Shown here in pieces: positions 23,518 through 36,300 of a DNA stretch of 64,000 bases. The translations under genes were made by a program, and so were the position numbers. How positions within the stretch are numbered: the stretch's first letter is position 1; every line of letters starts with the position of its first letter. Source of the DNA: Catajapyx aquilonaris (lineage: Eukaryota); assembly GCA_000934665.2 (NCBI GenBank), contig JYFJ02001085.1, positions 1-64,000 on the forward strand, given 5' to 3'. Below the pieces are notes generated by a model that was not told the origin of the DNA, did not search any database, and saw only the letters and a list, made by a program, of their open reading frames with translations.

Positions 23518-25927
23518 TATTTGCTCACTGCAAGGGTACTATCCGAACTATACCCCGACTGATCCCGACAAGACAGTTATTCTAATGTTGGTAGCTAATT
23601 CACAGGATGTTCATCCAGAGGATAATAATTGCTGATGCCAATTATTCAGCATGACCTGTCATTGCGAGTTATAGCCTGCGAATAATATTAGCCATAATTT
23701 ACACGGAAAGCTTATTGTTTTCTGCTAAATTTCAATTCCTTCCGTCCAGTTAATACCTTTAAATACAAGTTGAGCCCGATTACATCAATGAGTAATGGCA
23801 AAATCTGTTCCAGTCCCAAAACCAGCAACCATATGATCGAGAACAAAAGGTTCTGCACTGCAGTAAAGCCATGGATCATCCATCCTCCTCAGCTGATGAC
23901 GGACAAATTGTTGTCGCCACGGTTCGTGGTTTCCAAACGACGGGAGATGACGGGGACACATAGGCCAGAGAAATACCTCCCCCATCCATCTCCCCCTCCC
24001 CCCTCCCGCACACTCACTGACTGTATATATAAATATGGAAAAAAAATCACCCTGACCCTGGCTCAAATATGTAATGTAATTAAAGTTGATAATTTATGGG
24101 ACTAGATAAAGTGAAATTGTTCGTATTTGTTTATTTTAAACAAATATTGGTGGAATTTTTTATATACAAGTAAATTATGCAGTATGCACGTAGACTTCTT
24201 CACAGCAAAAAAAAGCATATTATGTCACCTGTTACTAAATACATGAGAATGATATCGTCGTACTCATTGCATTGTGGCGAATTCAATAAAATGTTTTAAA
24301 TATAACCATTATTATTTGTTTTTGACGAGTAGTGTAAATGTCCATGTTTTCTGGTGAAAAATATGATGGGGGTGAACTGCGCATCGAAATGGAAAGAGGG
24401 CACCATGTCGGAGTGCAGTTGGCAAGTCTCCTGTTCCCTGGTACAAAAGAGGGAACGGGGGGACCAACCAAAGTGATGAATTATGCAGCATCGGCGATGG
24501 GTTCAGTTCCCAATCTTCAGCAGTGAGGGTGGGGGAAGGGGGAATGAGGGAGGCCAGTGGGGGAGGGAGGCCAGTGGGGGAGGGGGTGCATGGGTAATTA
24601 AATTGGTTGCCCAGACACAGTTCATCGGCCGGAATAATGTTGATTCGGCGGGAGTCTAATGGAGGGAGGGTGGGGAAGGGAGGAAAGGCCAGCCCTCCCT
24701 CCCTCCCTCTCCTTTTTTTCTCCACCCCTCAAGACCCAAATCACATCAGAGACCTAACATTGGCCCATAATGCTAATCAAATGGGCCTGATGCCCGCTAA
24801 CTGACTCGAAGTTTCATTTTTCCCCCAAATTTTATTGAGAGCTAATTGCGACAATTGCGAGATTTTTGGCGCATGTGCAATAGGTCGCATGTGACGTCAT
24901 GCAAAAATCTGGGCAGAAAATTGCGGCTCATTTATCTTCCCTCATCTGCTGCCATCGGCCGGTCTGTAATATAGTGACAGCAAGATCCTTAATTCATATA
25001 CTAAGCCTGTAATTATCATATACATTACTTAATCCGCGAGAGATAGGGCTTCTCGCTCAATTCAAGTTGCGCAGGTGGCGCCTTCGAAGGTAGTTCGAGG
25101 ATAAGGACTTTCGAGTTAAACTTTTAGAGCCAAGGATAAGCTATAATTTGCCTTATTTTTACATGAAACGAGACGAGGCAAATATTAGTTGATTAGTTAT
25201 TATTTTAATTGCCAGATTTGCATGATAGCCATATACTAATAGTATTGTATACATTACATACATAATGGTGTACTTAGAAAGCTTTATTCTTGTTTAAAAT
25301 AAAATGCTAGTTAATTCTTGAGTTTGAGGGAGGCAAAATGGTCCTAGAAAAGCGTTTGTTAGGTGGCAGTGTGCCGTCGCAAGAGCTGCTCTTGACACTT
25401 TGATGGATGGCCCCTCTGCCACCCCTCTCCTTCCCATTCCCCCTAAAGCCTCAAGCTTGTGTAAGTGAATGATGGACCTGCGCACGCCGCCTGTCCACCT
25501 CCATTCTCTCGTATACAGTATTTACAAACTCTTCATTCCAATCTCCTCACTTGGCATATATTATAGTAGCCTATGAAGGGTGTTTATGAATGTTGAGAAA
25601 GCAACCGGTAATAAGGTGGACGACCAGACACATTGGTTTGGCCCTTACACATGCTGCATCACACACTACACCTTTTGTCGGGAGATTGCCTGACAGATGA
25701 ACTCGCGTACATATACAATAGCTGCCCAGGGAACAGGATATAAGCATGACTGCGAAAGAGGCGATCTGGCAAAATTCCACCACACTTGCTACCTATAGGC
25801 AACTATTGTAATGTGAGTGAGTCCATACTTTATGCTTTGGCCGCTTTGGGAGATGATAGAGGGATCACTTGAAGTGGTCGCATCATGGGTCACCACCGAA
25901 TAGTTACCAACATAATGTGCTTCAAAC

Positions 25928-26050
25928 CAAGGAGGTAATCACTTCGGTACTCCCTGGTACTCCTCAGGTACCTCCCTCTTTATTACTACTTGGTACTCCT
26001 TGAATTTGGTACTCCAGTGCACACTTTTCATTCGAGTGATTACCCCCTTG
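25928..26050. mobile_element. 123-bp MITE with 8-bp TSD (P-element- or hAT-type)
   Basis: TIRs CAAGGAGGTAATCACT / AGTGATTACCCCCTTG. Exact 8-bp duplication CTTCAAAC at 25920-25927 and 26051-26058. Four internal GGTACTCC repeats plus one variant. Confidence 0.88.
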
Positions 26051-29000
26051 CTTCAAACACAACGTATAAAATATCCAGGCAGGTATGCCTTCACTCAACC
26101 TTACCTTTTTCATTTAAAAAGATGTTACCATGTAATTTAATTTAAATTTACGATCGATCGCCTAGAACCCCTCTATCATTTCCCCAAGCATTACCCAAAA
26201 CGGCCGTAAAGTAAATTTCTTCATCCTATTATACAAAAAAATATGATGGGCCAATATGTACATACTTCCGGCTGTCAAATTGAGATCACTGATGTGGACC
26301 AGGGACAGACAACTGAGACAAGTCAAAGCGACTGACTTTGCACCGGGCTGAATGGAATCGTCAGTATAATAATATTGTGTTATTCACTTAGCTTGACTAA
26401 ATTGACACTCATTCGCTGCCAAGCTTGTTCCATGAGCAAACATACTTGTAGAGGACCGAGACTGCTCTGCTGCCTGCATATTCATGCCATGCTTGTTACA
26501 ACGGGTGCGGGTGTTTCAATCTCACATATTTAATGTGCAAGAGACGACCCATTCGATTTTGCATGTTCAGTAACTATTATCATGCGGTATGCTCCAATTT
26601 GTCTGCCCACAGATGCAATGGTTATTTTTGCAGCCTATTTCTACTATGGATTGTACTTATGCGTCAATAACGGTTGTGTTCTTATTCTACATTTTACTTA
26701 CGTAATTATAAATGTGTCATTCCCAGTGAAAACCTTTTTCTCCGCCTTTCTCCTACACTCTCATCGATATTCATGAAATTCGGTATATCCGCAGTATTTA
26801 AGGAGCTCAATCGTTTCGCTTTTGTTTCGCTTATTGCTTTTTTTACATACAAGGGCCATCAATGTCGCCATTTTCGAGTGAAAGATATGTTTTGGTGCCG
26901 GAAATGACCCGTAAATCCTACCCACAAGGAGGAGGATTATTATGTAATTTTAACGAGACCATCACACTTTTTCTCCGGTTTCTCCTCGTTGCTATTTAAA
27001 AGCTAAGAATCAAACTTTAAATTCATTAAAGACTCAAAATGTAAAATGCTTTAATTTATACAAGATAAACATTTGTTAATTATTGGCTTTCTTATACCCT
27101 TCATGATTATTTCAAAAATGGACATGCTCTATCGTCACCAGAATGACTGACAATGACCATATTGTGTAATATCAAGAGATTCTTCCGTCCAGATAAGTTT
27201 TGAACTACATTACTTTCACGTTTTGCCATACCCCAAATGTTACATATGGCACAACTTACAAATGCACTTACATTACTCTCGCACTGCCAGATGTAGGTAC
27301 TCTTAGGACACTCACCGGCTGGAAAGATAAAAAAGCATAGTTAGGCCACCATTTGGAGCAGAGAGAGGAAATGTGTAAAGTTAACAGGAAAAGTTCTCCC
27401 AAAAGCAGGAGATGGCGGGTGATTAGGGAGATAGAAGTTGTGTTGAAAGGCGAGGGCAAGAAGTTGGGGGGTCGTGTACAGAAAGCACTTCATCCATCCG
27501 CGCCTTCCGATGCTCAGCACCCGCAGAGAGGTCTGCTCTCATTTCACGCTTGCCCACTTTTGGAAAATGGACCCCATCTCGTGCCGGGTGCCCACGTGTT
27601 GCTAAAGATAATGGCTTCCTTATGACCTCCGACTTGGTCTCCTGATGACTTGGAATTCGCTGCAGCTTGTGGTCTTGGTAGAAGTTACAGATTTTCTTTT
27701 CAAATATTTAGTGTTAAAATACTTTATATTTTTATAAAATACAGTTTTACTTTCTTTCCTCTTAGTCACAATGTGCCAGGAAATACCGCCACAAAAAATC
27801 TATGGTCCAAACATAGATGAAGCATTCCTAGGAAATAATGTATCTTGGGGAAACATGTCTTGCTGATGACACATAATACGGGTGACAACCATCCCCTCCT
27901 TTTTATTACACTTGGCTTGCTCAACCGATCCACTTTGTTGGTTTTTGTCAATTAGTCATGAAAAATGGACTGTTCCGCCTACAGGGAGGGGTGCCCCATG
28001 TTTGCTTTGCGACCTACTCCTACGGTGTCAGTCAGCTGGTGTCACGCTCTGCGGTCGCCTTGTTAATTGATTGCATACTGCATGTTAAGAATTTCTATGC
28101 AGGTAAGGAGGATGTCATTCAATTTGAAAAATGATGCGGTGGTTTTGCAAAGCATAGCTTGCGATGAGTGGAGAAAGAAGGACGTCTCTTGCTCACAAGG
28201 CAATTTGTTTTGAAATCGACAAAGATATGTTGAGGAAGTAGAGGTGGGGAAAAATTCGCACGCGAAGCAGCACCACCCAAAGGCCTTCGTGCGAATTTCC
28301 TGCAGATGCATCGCACAGAAACCTCAAGCGCGGTAAGGTTAAAAGTTTTTTTCTCTTTTTCATTTTTTTAATTGAGAGAAATGAACGCTTCACCTTTTAT
28401 TACAGGTGGTTATGGAGACCAGATCGTTTCGTTCCCAGCTCGCTTTAAAGTCCCATAAACCTCCGCTACTAAACGATGAATCCTTGTCTACATTTTTATG
28501 GCCTCCCTCAGGACACGGTAGGCTCATGTCAAGAGTTATGAGATAGAGAGGGCAAGGGTGGAGGGGGGATGGTACCACACGCAAAGCCTGAAGGACTCCC
28601 TGGAAATAAACCAAAAATCTGATAGTAAATTGTGATAATATCGCTCTACTCTTACGAAGCAGTATATACTCCAGATATACAACTGCTGTCTTGCAATATA
28701 CACTGCAGCAGACAAAAGGTGGCGGCGGCGAAACTGTCAATAAACGATGGTGGCCATGCATCATGTAGCAGTAGAAGAAAACTTCAGCATTAAGAGAAAT
28801 ACAACAGTTGCTAGTAGTAAGTGAAAAAGAAAAGTTCTCAGAGCATACATTTCTAAAACAAAAGTTTTGAGTCAGGTGCCTCATGTGATTGCATATCGAG
28901 TACTTCGAGTTAAACAATATCATTAGAAGTATGTTGGAGGTAGAAACATCATAAAGATGGCAGGGTGCAAGATACCAGCTATCGGTTCGTGAAAAGAAAA

Positions 29001-30699
29001 TCAAATTTTAAAAATCTGTTTGTCCTATTGAGAAACAGGCCTATAAATATATCACGATTTTCGCTTGCAACCCTTATAAATTGATACAGTACACATAAAC
29101 AGTGCGTTAGTATAGTAACTGACTGTTGAACCTCAAGATGGATGGCAGCAAGTGGATGAAGCCAAGCGCGGGAAGTCTTTGTCCTTTTCCCGCCCTGATT
29201 CTCTGGCCACCCTCTACCCTCCTCCATCGGTTCAACCCCACAGCCTCCCTCCCCATCCACCATCCCTTTTCCTTTCCACTCTATTGAATAATGGCCGTGA
29301 GTGCCCGAGCCGGGAGTTTGGGAGACCACACAGTGCAGGCCACATTTTGCGGCTAAAATACCACCAACCTACTCCGCCCACCTCGCCTCCATCCATTCGC
29401 CAATCCCTCGCTTCTACTCATATCATCAATGACCGGAAGGAAAGAGGAGGGAAGGAGGAAGGAAAGGAAATGGAATGGGAATCACCCTACAATTCTATTT
29501 CTATGCTCTATGACTATGGCTCACATTTGGTAAGTATACTGCAAAATAATATTCAGTTGAAAAATTGGCAGACATTTCAAATTGGCAGAACAGTTGTAAC
29601 AAAAATAATAAATTATTTTGACATTTTTTTTACGTGTCGGAAGAGTTCAAGGGGGTTGTCGCTTACAGATGATGCCGGCATTGTGCACCAACAAGTCCAG
29701 AGAAACTCATAACATTCATCTTATAGAACGTCACTCAAATGCTTAATCCGCAAGTCCTCAGGAGCATAGCCAGCATGGTACATTTCCCGATTTCAAGTCG
29801 GGCGTGAAAGCGCCCCGGAATTCACTTTTTCACCAAGCCACCAGCTTTCTCCCCTTCCCCCCGATTTCTTGTTATAGTCTTCGGATCATTACCTCTTATA
29901 GCTGATGATCAGATCACGTGATTTATCAGACCATCGCCTAAAGCGCGTCAGGGTTTACACCATCGTCGCTGTTAGCACCATCAGCTGATGCAACAAAAGA
30001 ATAATGGTCATTTTGCTATAATCCGCATTTATTGAGAAAATAGCCTACATGTTTATATAGGTAAAATCAAATAGTTTGAAACATCTGGCCATATGCATCT
30101 GAGTCATCCAGCGTCAGTTGTAGGCAGTTTTGGCGCATGGCGTGAATGTCAGACAAGTGTACATATGAAGGGAGATGCAAAATGAGTGTGAAGTCCCTTA
30201 GAACGGATTGCGTAGATGTGGTTCTTGGATGGTGATAGAGTGAGTCCCCGCCCAGTCGAGCCCCGTCCCCAACTCTCTCCCTCCTCCGCCCCCGCCTCCA
30301 TCTCTTTCGCCCCAAAAGACCGCTCGCAATCGCATTAAAGCCGCAAGTTCCCCGCCAACCCACCGCGTTCTCCATTACTCTTCTGCCAACTCCTCCGCCA
30401 TAAAAAAAAGAAAGAAAAAGAAAAAGAAAAAAAGGGGAAGACTGGGTGAGGGGGAGTGAGTTCCTCGTTTCTCCGACGGTCTTGCAAGCTATACACAAGT
30501 TGGAGTAGGATACCAAAAAGGATTTTGTGGTTCAATTTCAAGTGTGGTAAGTTGGATTACTGTGTGAGTAAGTGAATCTTATGGGTATTACTATGTATGG
30601 GATACACTTCATCACATGTTTGTGCAATATTAATTACTGTTATTCCAATCACTTTCTGATTAGAAATTCCACGAAAATCCACGCTAGCATATGAGGAAT

Positions 30700-30780
30700 T
30701 CACCTCTCCGATCCGGGATTCGAGCGAAGGGCCTCGAAGGTGGAAGGCTCTAGCGCTAATCAGTACACCATCGCACTGGC
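30700..30780 (-). mobile_element. Degraded tRNA-derived SINE head or tRNA pseudogene (second family)
   Basis: Minus strand TGGTGTACTGATTAGCGCTAGAGCCTTCCACCTTCGAGGCCCTTCGCTCGAATCCCGGATCGG has A-box- and B-box-like motifs at tRNA spacing, but I found no intact cloverleaf. Confidence 0.5.
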
Positions 30781-31470
30781 CACCGTGACACCCTACTTCT
30801 CATTCATCACAATAATGAATCCAATTGTTGTATCATTATTGTAATGCTACAATTATTAGAGTTAATAGAAGTGAAAAGTATGGTAAAGAAACGACCCAAT
30901 ACGAAGTGGTAGAAAGTAAATGAGATACAATTACTTCCTTTTTGTTTCCTTTTACTGCCAAGGTTTAAAGTGGGTTAAGTAACTAATATGCAGGACGAAT
31001 CAGAACTATACAGGGTAACCAGTTACTTGAATGGCCAAAGAAATGAAAAAACTGGCTCGGGAAAATATCGTATCACCAACCGTTAACGACCTAGAGTCCT
31101 AGACTATAGGCCATACAGAAACCGACAGAAACGCATGACGCAGATTGTAGGCTACCTGGGAGTTTTGTTGTTACTGTTCCAGGTGCAATGTGTGTGGCCA
31201 TGTGTCTGAAGGAGTATAAGGGGGTACCAAAATGTTTATCACCGATCACATCCTTATCGGTTGGTTTCTGAACAGCATATACTGTATAAACTATACATGT
31301 ATACATCTCTGCCAACTATATCATTTTGGCTTTCCTTGGGATAAAAATATTGTACTGGCACCGGTTGACCTGGACATCTGACTACCCTTAACTACCCATT
31401 ATGTGGTATCTACAACAACGTTGCACAGAACAGATGCACACTTTCGGCGCGAAATTACAGTATATACGTA

Positions 31471-31892
31471 TAGGGTGCTCACAAATTCTTCTGCCAATAC
31501 GATACAGGATCCGTTTTGGAGATGTCGACCTTTGATGTCGACATTGTCTATCCTGACAAGAAAGTATGGATACCCCCGTGCATATCTGCATTGCTGGTTG
31601 CAGGGGTCAGACCGTTGCTCAACCGCCTGACTCCCGCAACCAGCGATGCAGGCATGTCCGGAGGTATCCATACTTGTCAGGATAGACATCGTCGACGTCA
31701 ACGTCATCGCTGGTCTTTTGGGCCCATCATGCCATGCTTCTTCCATATATCGTCGGTGATCATGCAAAACCTCGTATCTCCTGCAAAAACCAATGGAACA
31801 TACGAGGTTTTGCACGATCACCGACGATATGCACCCCCTACCAAGCTACCACCCATATCTTTTTGGCAGACGAATTCGTGACCATCACCCTG
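31471..31892 (+). mobile_element. Fold-back MITE, family B, copy 2 (TA-flanked, YAGGGTG...CACCCTG termini, Tc1/mariner-like)
   Basis: Termini TA|TAGGGTG...CACCCTG|TA. Long internal inverted symmetry centred near 31618. Homologous to 9203-9602 and 42734-43116. Confidence 0.88.
31747..31830. mobile_element. Tiny hairpin insertion nested in MITE B copy 2
   Basis: 31-bp arms (31747-31777 and 31800-31830) with 1 mismatch. Absent from the homologous site TTCCATATGCA in copy 3 (about 43061-43071). Confidence 0.85.
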
Positions 31893-32522
31893 TACCAGTA
31901 TGCCATATATGACTCACAAAAACATGTGATCGGGCAATCGTAGGGGCAATTTCGTTAACGCGTTGTGCGTCAAATGACAAATGAGAACTGCGATGCATTT
32001 GATATGACACACTCTTGGACACAGTACGTACATGAAGACCTCGAGGGAAGAACGATCAACGTGCATCTCATGTGAAACTGACTGAGATATATTCCTATTT
32101 CAAATTTCGAAGGCGCGAGCATATTTTGTGTATGTCTATCTAAATGGCACTCAGGCCGCAGAATATGTGATGACTTTCAACTCATACAAGTATTTGCGAT
32201 AGAGGGTTTTACCATGCCAGTTTCGGCAAAAAATGCCAATTTGTTGTATGTTTATGTGTTTGCATTGTATACGAGTGCTGGGTCTTTCAGATTTGTATGA
32301 ACTCCCGATGATTGTTACAGGTTGTAGTTGGTTCCAATTTCTCACTATTTGCGTTCAAAACGGCTCTGTTCTGTATATACCAGTGCTGCTCATTTTCTCT
32401 CGGATTTTAAGGACTTGCGAATTTGTGGCCTGAGGACGACGGACCTGAGGATAATATGACTCTATGTCGACATTGTCGCAAAAAATGAAATATTAGGGCA
32501 AGAAGATTCTCTTTATGACATA

Positions 32523-32866
32523 CACTGAAAAAACCGAAATGGTTACAGTAACCAAAACTATTTGGTTGAGTGAGATTTGGTTGCTTTCACCAAAATCTTA
32601 GCTGAATTGAAAAAACAGAATTGGTTGAAGTATAACCAAAACATTTTGGTTGAGGTATGCGATCGTTTCAACCAAAACCTTATCTACCACAACCAAATGT
32701 ACACCATGTCAACAAAAATGTTGGTTACATCAACCAAGTATTTTTGTAGAACGACATCCAAATATTTTTGGTTACTTCAACCAAATTTTTGGCAGGTTCT
32801 ATATTAACCTTCCTATTTGGTTGAATTAAACATGTTTTTGGTTTGTTCAACTATTTTTTTTGAGTG
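32523..32866. mobile_element. Non-autonomous element with CACT...AGTG termini (EnSpm/CMC-like MITE)
   Basis: TA|CACTGAAAAAA ... TTTTTTTGAGTG|TA with imperfect TIRs. About a dozen TTGGTT/AACCAA motifs occur in both orientations, like the subterminal repeats of CACTA elements. Confidence 0.75.
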
Positions 32867-33215
32867 TAGAATTCGTTCTTAAAAATTGAAGAGTCTCGGA
32901 TACAATATTAGTTTATCACAGATCTTTACTAACTACAATAAAAATAATGTATTTTCTTCATGGTCATTTGTAATGATGTACAGTAAGTAAATGATTAGGC
33001 TGCATATTCATAGGCTATCCTTAGAATTATTCACATTGTACCCCAATAATTTTCCTAACTGAAAAGCGATCATTATTTTATGATTACTGCATTAGCTTCT
33101 TTTACTGGTCGATCTGGAAGGAGCAGTAGTCTATATGCTTCAAATTATAGGGAAGACATGGCTGCCATCAGTCACCATCATAGCTGCAGTGAAACACAAT
33201 AAAAATGCAATACGT

Positions 33216-33287
33216 AGCAAAAATGATAATCAACCGATAGGCAGGGTGCACCTTGCCAAAAGATATCGGTTGATTATCATTTTTGCT
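33216..33287. repeat. Perfect 24-bp inverted repeat with 24-bp spacer
   Basis: AGCAAAAATGATAATCAACCGATA (33216-33239) / TATCGGTTGATTATCATTTTTGCT (33264-33287). Confidence 0.92.
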
Positions 33288-33351
33288 TTAGTTTAAGAAC
33301 CGCTGAATATATTAAACCATGGTTTAATATTTTCAGCGGTTCTTAAACTAA
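33288..33351. repeat. 64-bp spacerless palindrome
   Basis: TTAGTTTAAGAACCGCTGAATATATTAAACCA|TGGTTTAATATTTTCAGCGGTTCTTAAACTAA; one mismatched pair out of 32. Confidence 0.92.
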
Positions 33352-36300
33352 CGGGCACTTTTTTAAATAAAATTCATGTGTTTGTTTTGACAGGGTCAGT
33401 GTTTGAAGAATTGCACAATCTCGGTATATTTTTCAGTATGTTGTGATGTTATTATTGATGATGAATTTTGCATCTAAACCATAAATGTATCAGTACACAT
33501 AGGCCTACCTCATAATTCTCTGCCTGCCCTGTCTCATAAGCGGCGCTGTTTAAAATAGTATATCAAAACTGATTTTGAAATATGAATGGCGTGACATAAG
33601 GTACACAATATTATGGCGTCATTTCCAGATATTTTGCGGTTCCTGCACATGTTTCTGGCATCACCAGTCAAAAATTTTCACAATTGGGACTACGCCCGTG
33701 ATTGTGATTTTAAAATGACCTGAGGTACTTGCTGCACTATGCCTGCAGGTGCATCACGATGAGAAAATAATGAAATATTGGATTACAAATCCTCCTCATT
33801 TTATGTACACTAATATTTGATCAATTGCATCTTTAAAGTGCGATTTAAACACTCACAAAAATGATCAAAAGTGTTCCGTAAGCAATAGTCTACTACTCGT
33901 AAAAACATTAGGGAACAAAAAAGTTCCCTAATATCTGCAAACTGGCATAAGCTGATGTGTTATGCGAATGATTACTTGAAATTTATTTTGGTTTATTGTC
34001 TCAAGTTGCGTTGGTATAATAGCTCGATATTTGTTTAAAAATCCCATTGATAATGACAAAATAATCTAATTTAAAATATTTCTTTCATTTTCCTCGACAT
34101 TGTTGCCCACTCTTTATTATGTATAGGCATATAGGCCTATATAAGATTTGATATGTAAAAATAAGCTGTAATATACAAGCGAGGTGCATTAGCTGGTGGG
34201 GAAGTGATGATGAGAATGAAGGTACGCTTGCGCTGTGAATGATTGTTGGGCGGAAAGAAAAGAAGTGGAGGAATGTAATGAGTCGTTGGTGGCGGAGAGA
34301 GCGAATCGGCTTAAGAGCTCATCTGTAGTTCTATCATGGTTTGGCGGCATAGTTTGGCCAAGGGGGAATAGGCCATTCGTTCCCCTAATGCGGCCTTCAT
34401 TTGGGGGAGACCGAATAATCATTAGCAACGGAAAGACCTCCGAACCAGACCTTCCAAGCAGCATCGCTTTGCAAATGTCGCTCGATCTCACGCGGGGTTG
34501 CCATCTCCCCACCTTCATGACCCAAATTTTTCTTAAATATTTAGATTCCAATTGTGATTCAATGTATATTATAATGTCTTACGCAAAAAATGTGATTGTG
34601 TTAATATTTTCTCCGAATCTATTCAAACAAATAAAGTATAAATATGTTTATAATCGTATTTCTCTATTGTTTTCAAATGTATATTGCTAAATGTATACGA
34701 ACACTTAATCCAGAATTTTATAACCCCTAACTAAAACGTAACTTCGCCATTTACCTTCCATAACCATATAATTAATGGTTGTTTGATCAGGTCACTTACT
34801 CCAGCGAGTGGAATTTCTTGGTCAAATAGTTGCCAATTGAGGCATGATTTGTGTCCGCAATTAATTCGAGATGAATAATGGCTAGCAATTTGTTTGCCAA
34901 TGACACACATGTACCGGACGTAACTTTTTTTTTGCACATGTAGAGCAGACCCGTTGGGGACCGTGGGAGGGGGTGGAGATATAAAATTATGAGGTATACA
35001 TAAATCATGGGTTTGGAACGTGACCTGGGGTTGAAAGGGAGAGAAGACATCACGTCTGCGCATCGCGCTCACGTCCTAATCCCGCTCTCAAAAGAAAAGA
35101 AACCATAATAAGGCCCTTAATGGAGGTGGTAATCATCCAACAGAAGTGTGGTGAAGGTGTTATCTGGGATTCTTTCCAGAGAAAATCGGAACAAACTCGT
35201 CCATTGGCGCCAAAGTCAGTCTAGCACCTGCTGAATTAGTAGAAATTAATGTTCCATCACAAAGTCCCTTCTCACGTATATAAAGATGGACTTATATTTT
35301 ACAATTTTCTTTAAGAATAATGCTTTCAACAGGTGGTACATGAGAAGGCAGTGAATATTACACAATATCCATTGCCATTTTACTAATGATGAATCTACAT
35401 ATCCTTTCAGAAGTTAGTTAGAATGTTCTTTTCAAATTTTAATAAATAAAAAGAATGGTCAGATGGATTCACATAATGTAGATTATAGATACCAGAGTCA
35501 AGTGTGACAACACCGTCTAACAGACGACTCGTTTCTAGCTGGAGTTGCTATAACTCTGGTTTCGGGAGGGGTTGTGACTGATTGGGAAGAAAGTTCGGGA
35601 GCCAAGAGTGAAAGGGGAGGAATTGGATATCCGGACCTCTGGGATGAAAGGGGGGTGAGCGATGGCGGCAGGGCAACCAGCAGGAGTGGGAATGGTCTAA
35701 TCAAGAACTAGCTGGATTCTAGCTCTCATCTCCCCACTCATCTCTCCCCAACCCCATTCTTTGCTCCTGATTAAGATGCACCCATCCACTCCCTCCCTCA
35801 CTCTTCATGGACCATTGCCACAACTCAACAACATGGCAGAAAGGACTTGCAAAACTGCTTGCAAATTAGACTCCTTTTCAACTTCATCCCCTTTCAGCTA
35901 AAATAAGGCCGCAGTTATTATTCACGGTAGATTAATTAAATATTAGGCCTAGGGCTACATAATTAATTTTGATTGTTAACTCATTTTTTGAACTATATGC
36001 ATATGATAATGTGCGTCTAAATAATTCCGAGGCACATACCCAGGAACATAAACTACCAATATAGGCTACAAGAAACAACTTCGTAGGCCTACTGAACCAG
36101 AATTTTAAAATGACATAGTGATCAGATTTTAAAATCATGTTCGTAAATAAAATAGTAGCAATAAAAAGTTAACGGAATATTTCAATTTCAACTTCTAGGT
36201 TTATTTCAACCTCTTGGTATGTTCATTACTGCCCCCATACAGAAGGGCCACGTAATTTATCAGAATACTCTACAATCGAGTTTTCTATTGTTACCAGTTG

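Noticed and set aside
31388..31943. Recurring similar peptides (MSTFDVD, GGIHTCQD) in ORFs near 9.2-9.6, 31.4-31.9 and 42.5-43.1 kb
   Set aside because: Explained by the palindromic family B MITE; frames are not preserved between copies, so this is not a gene family.
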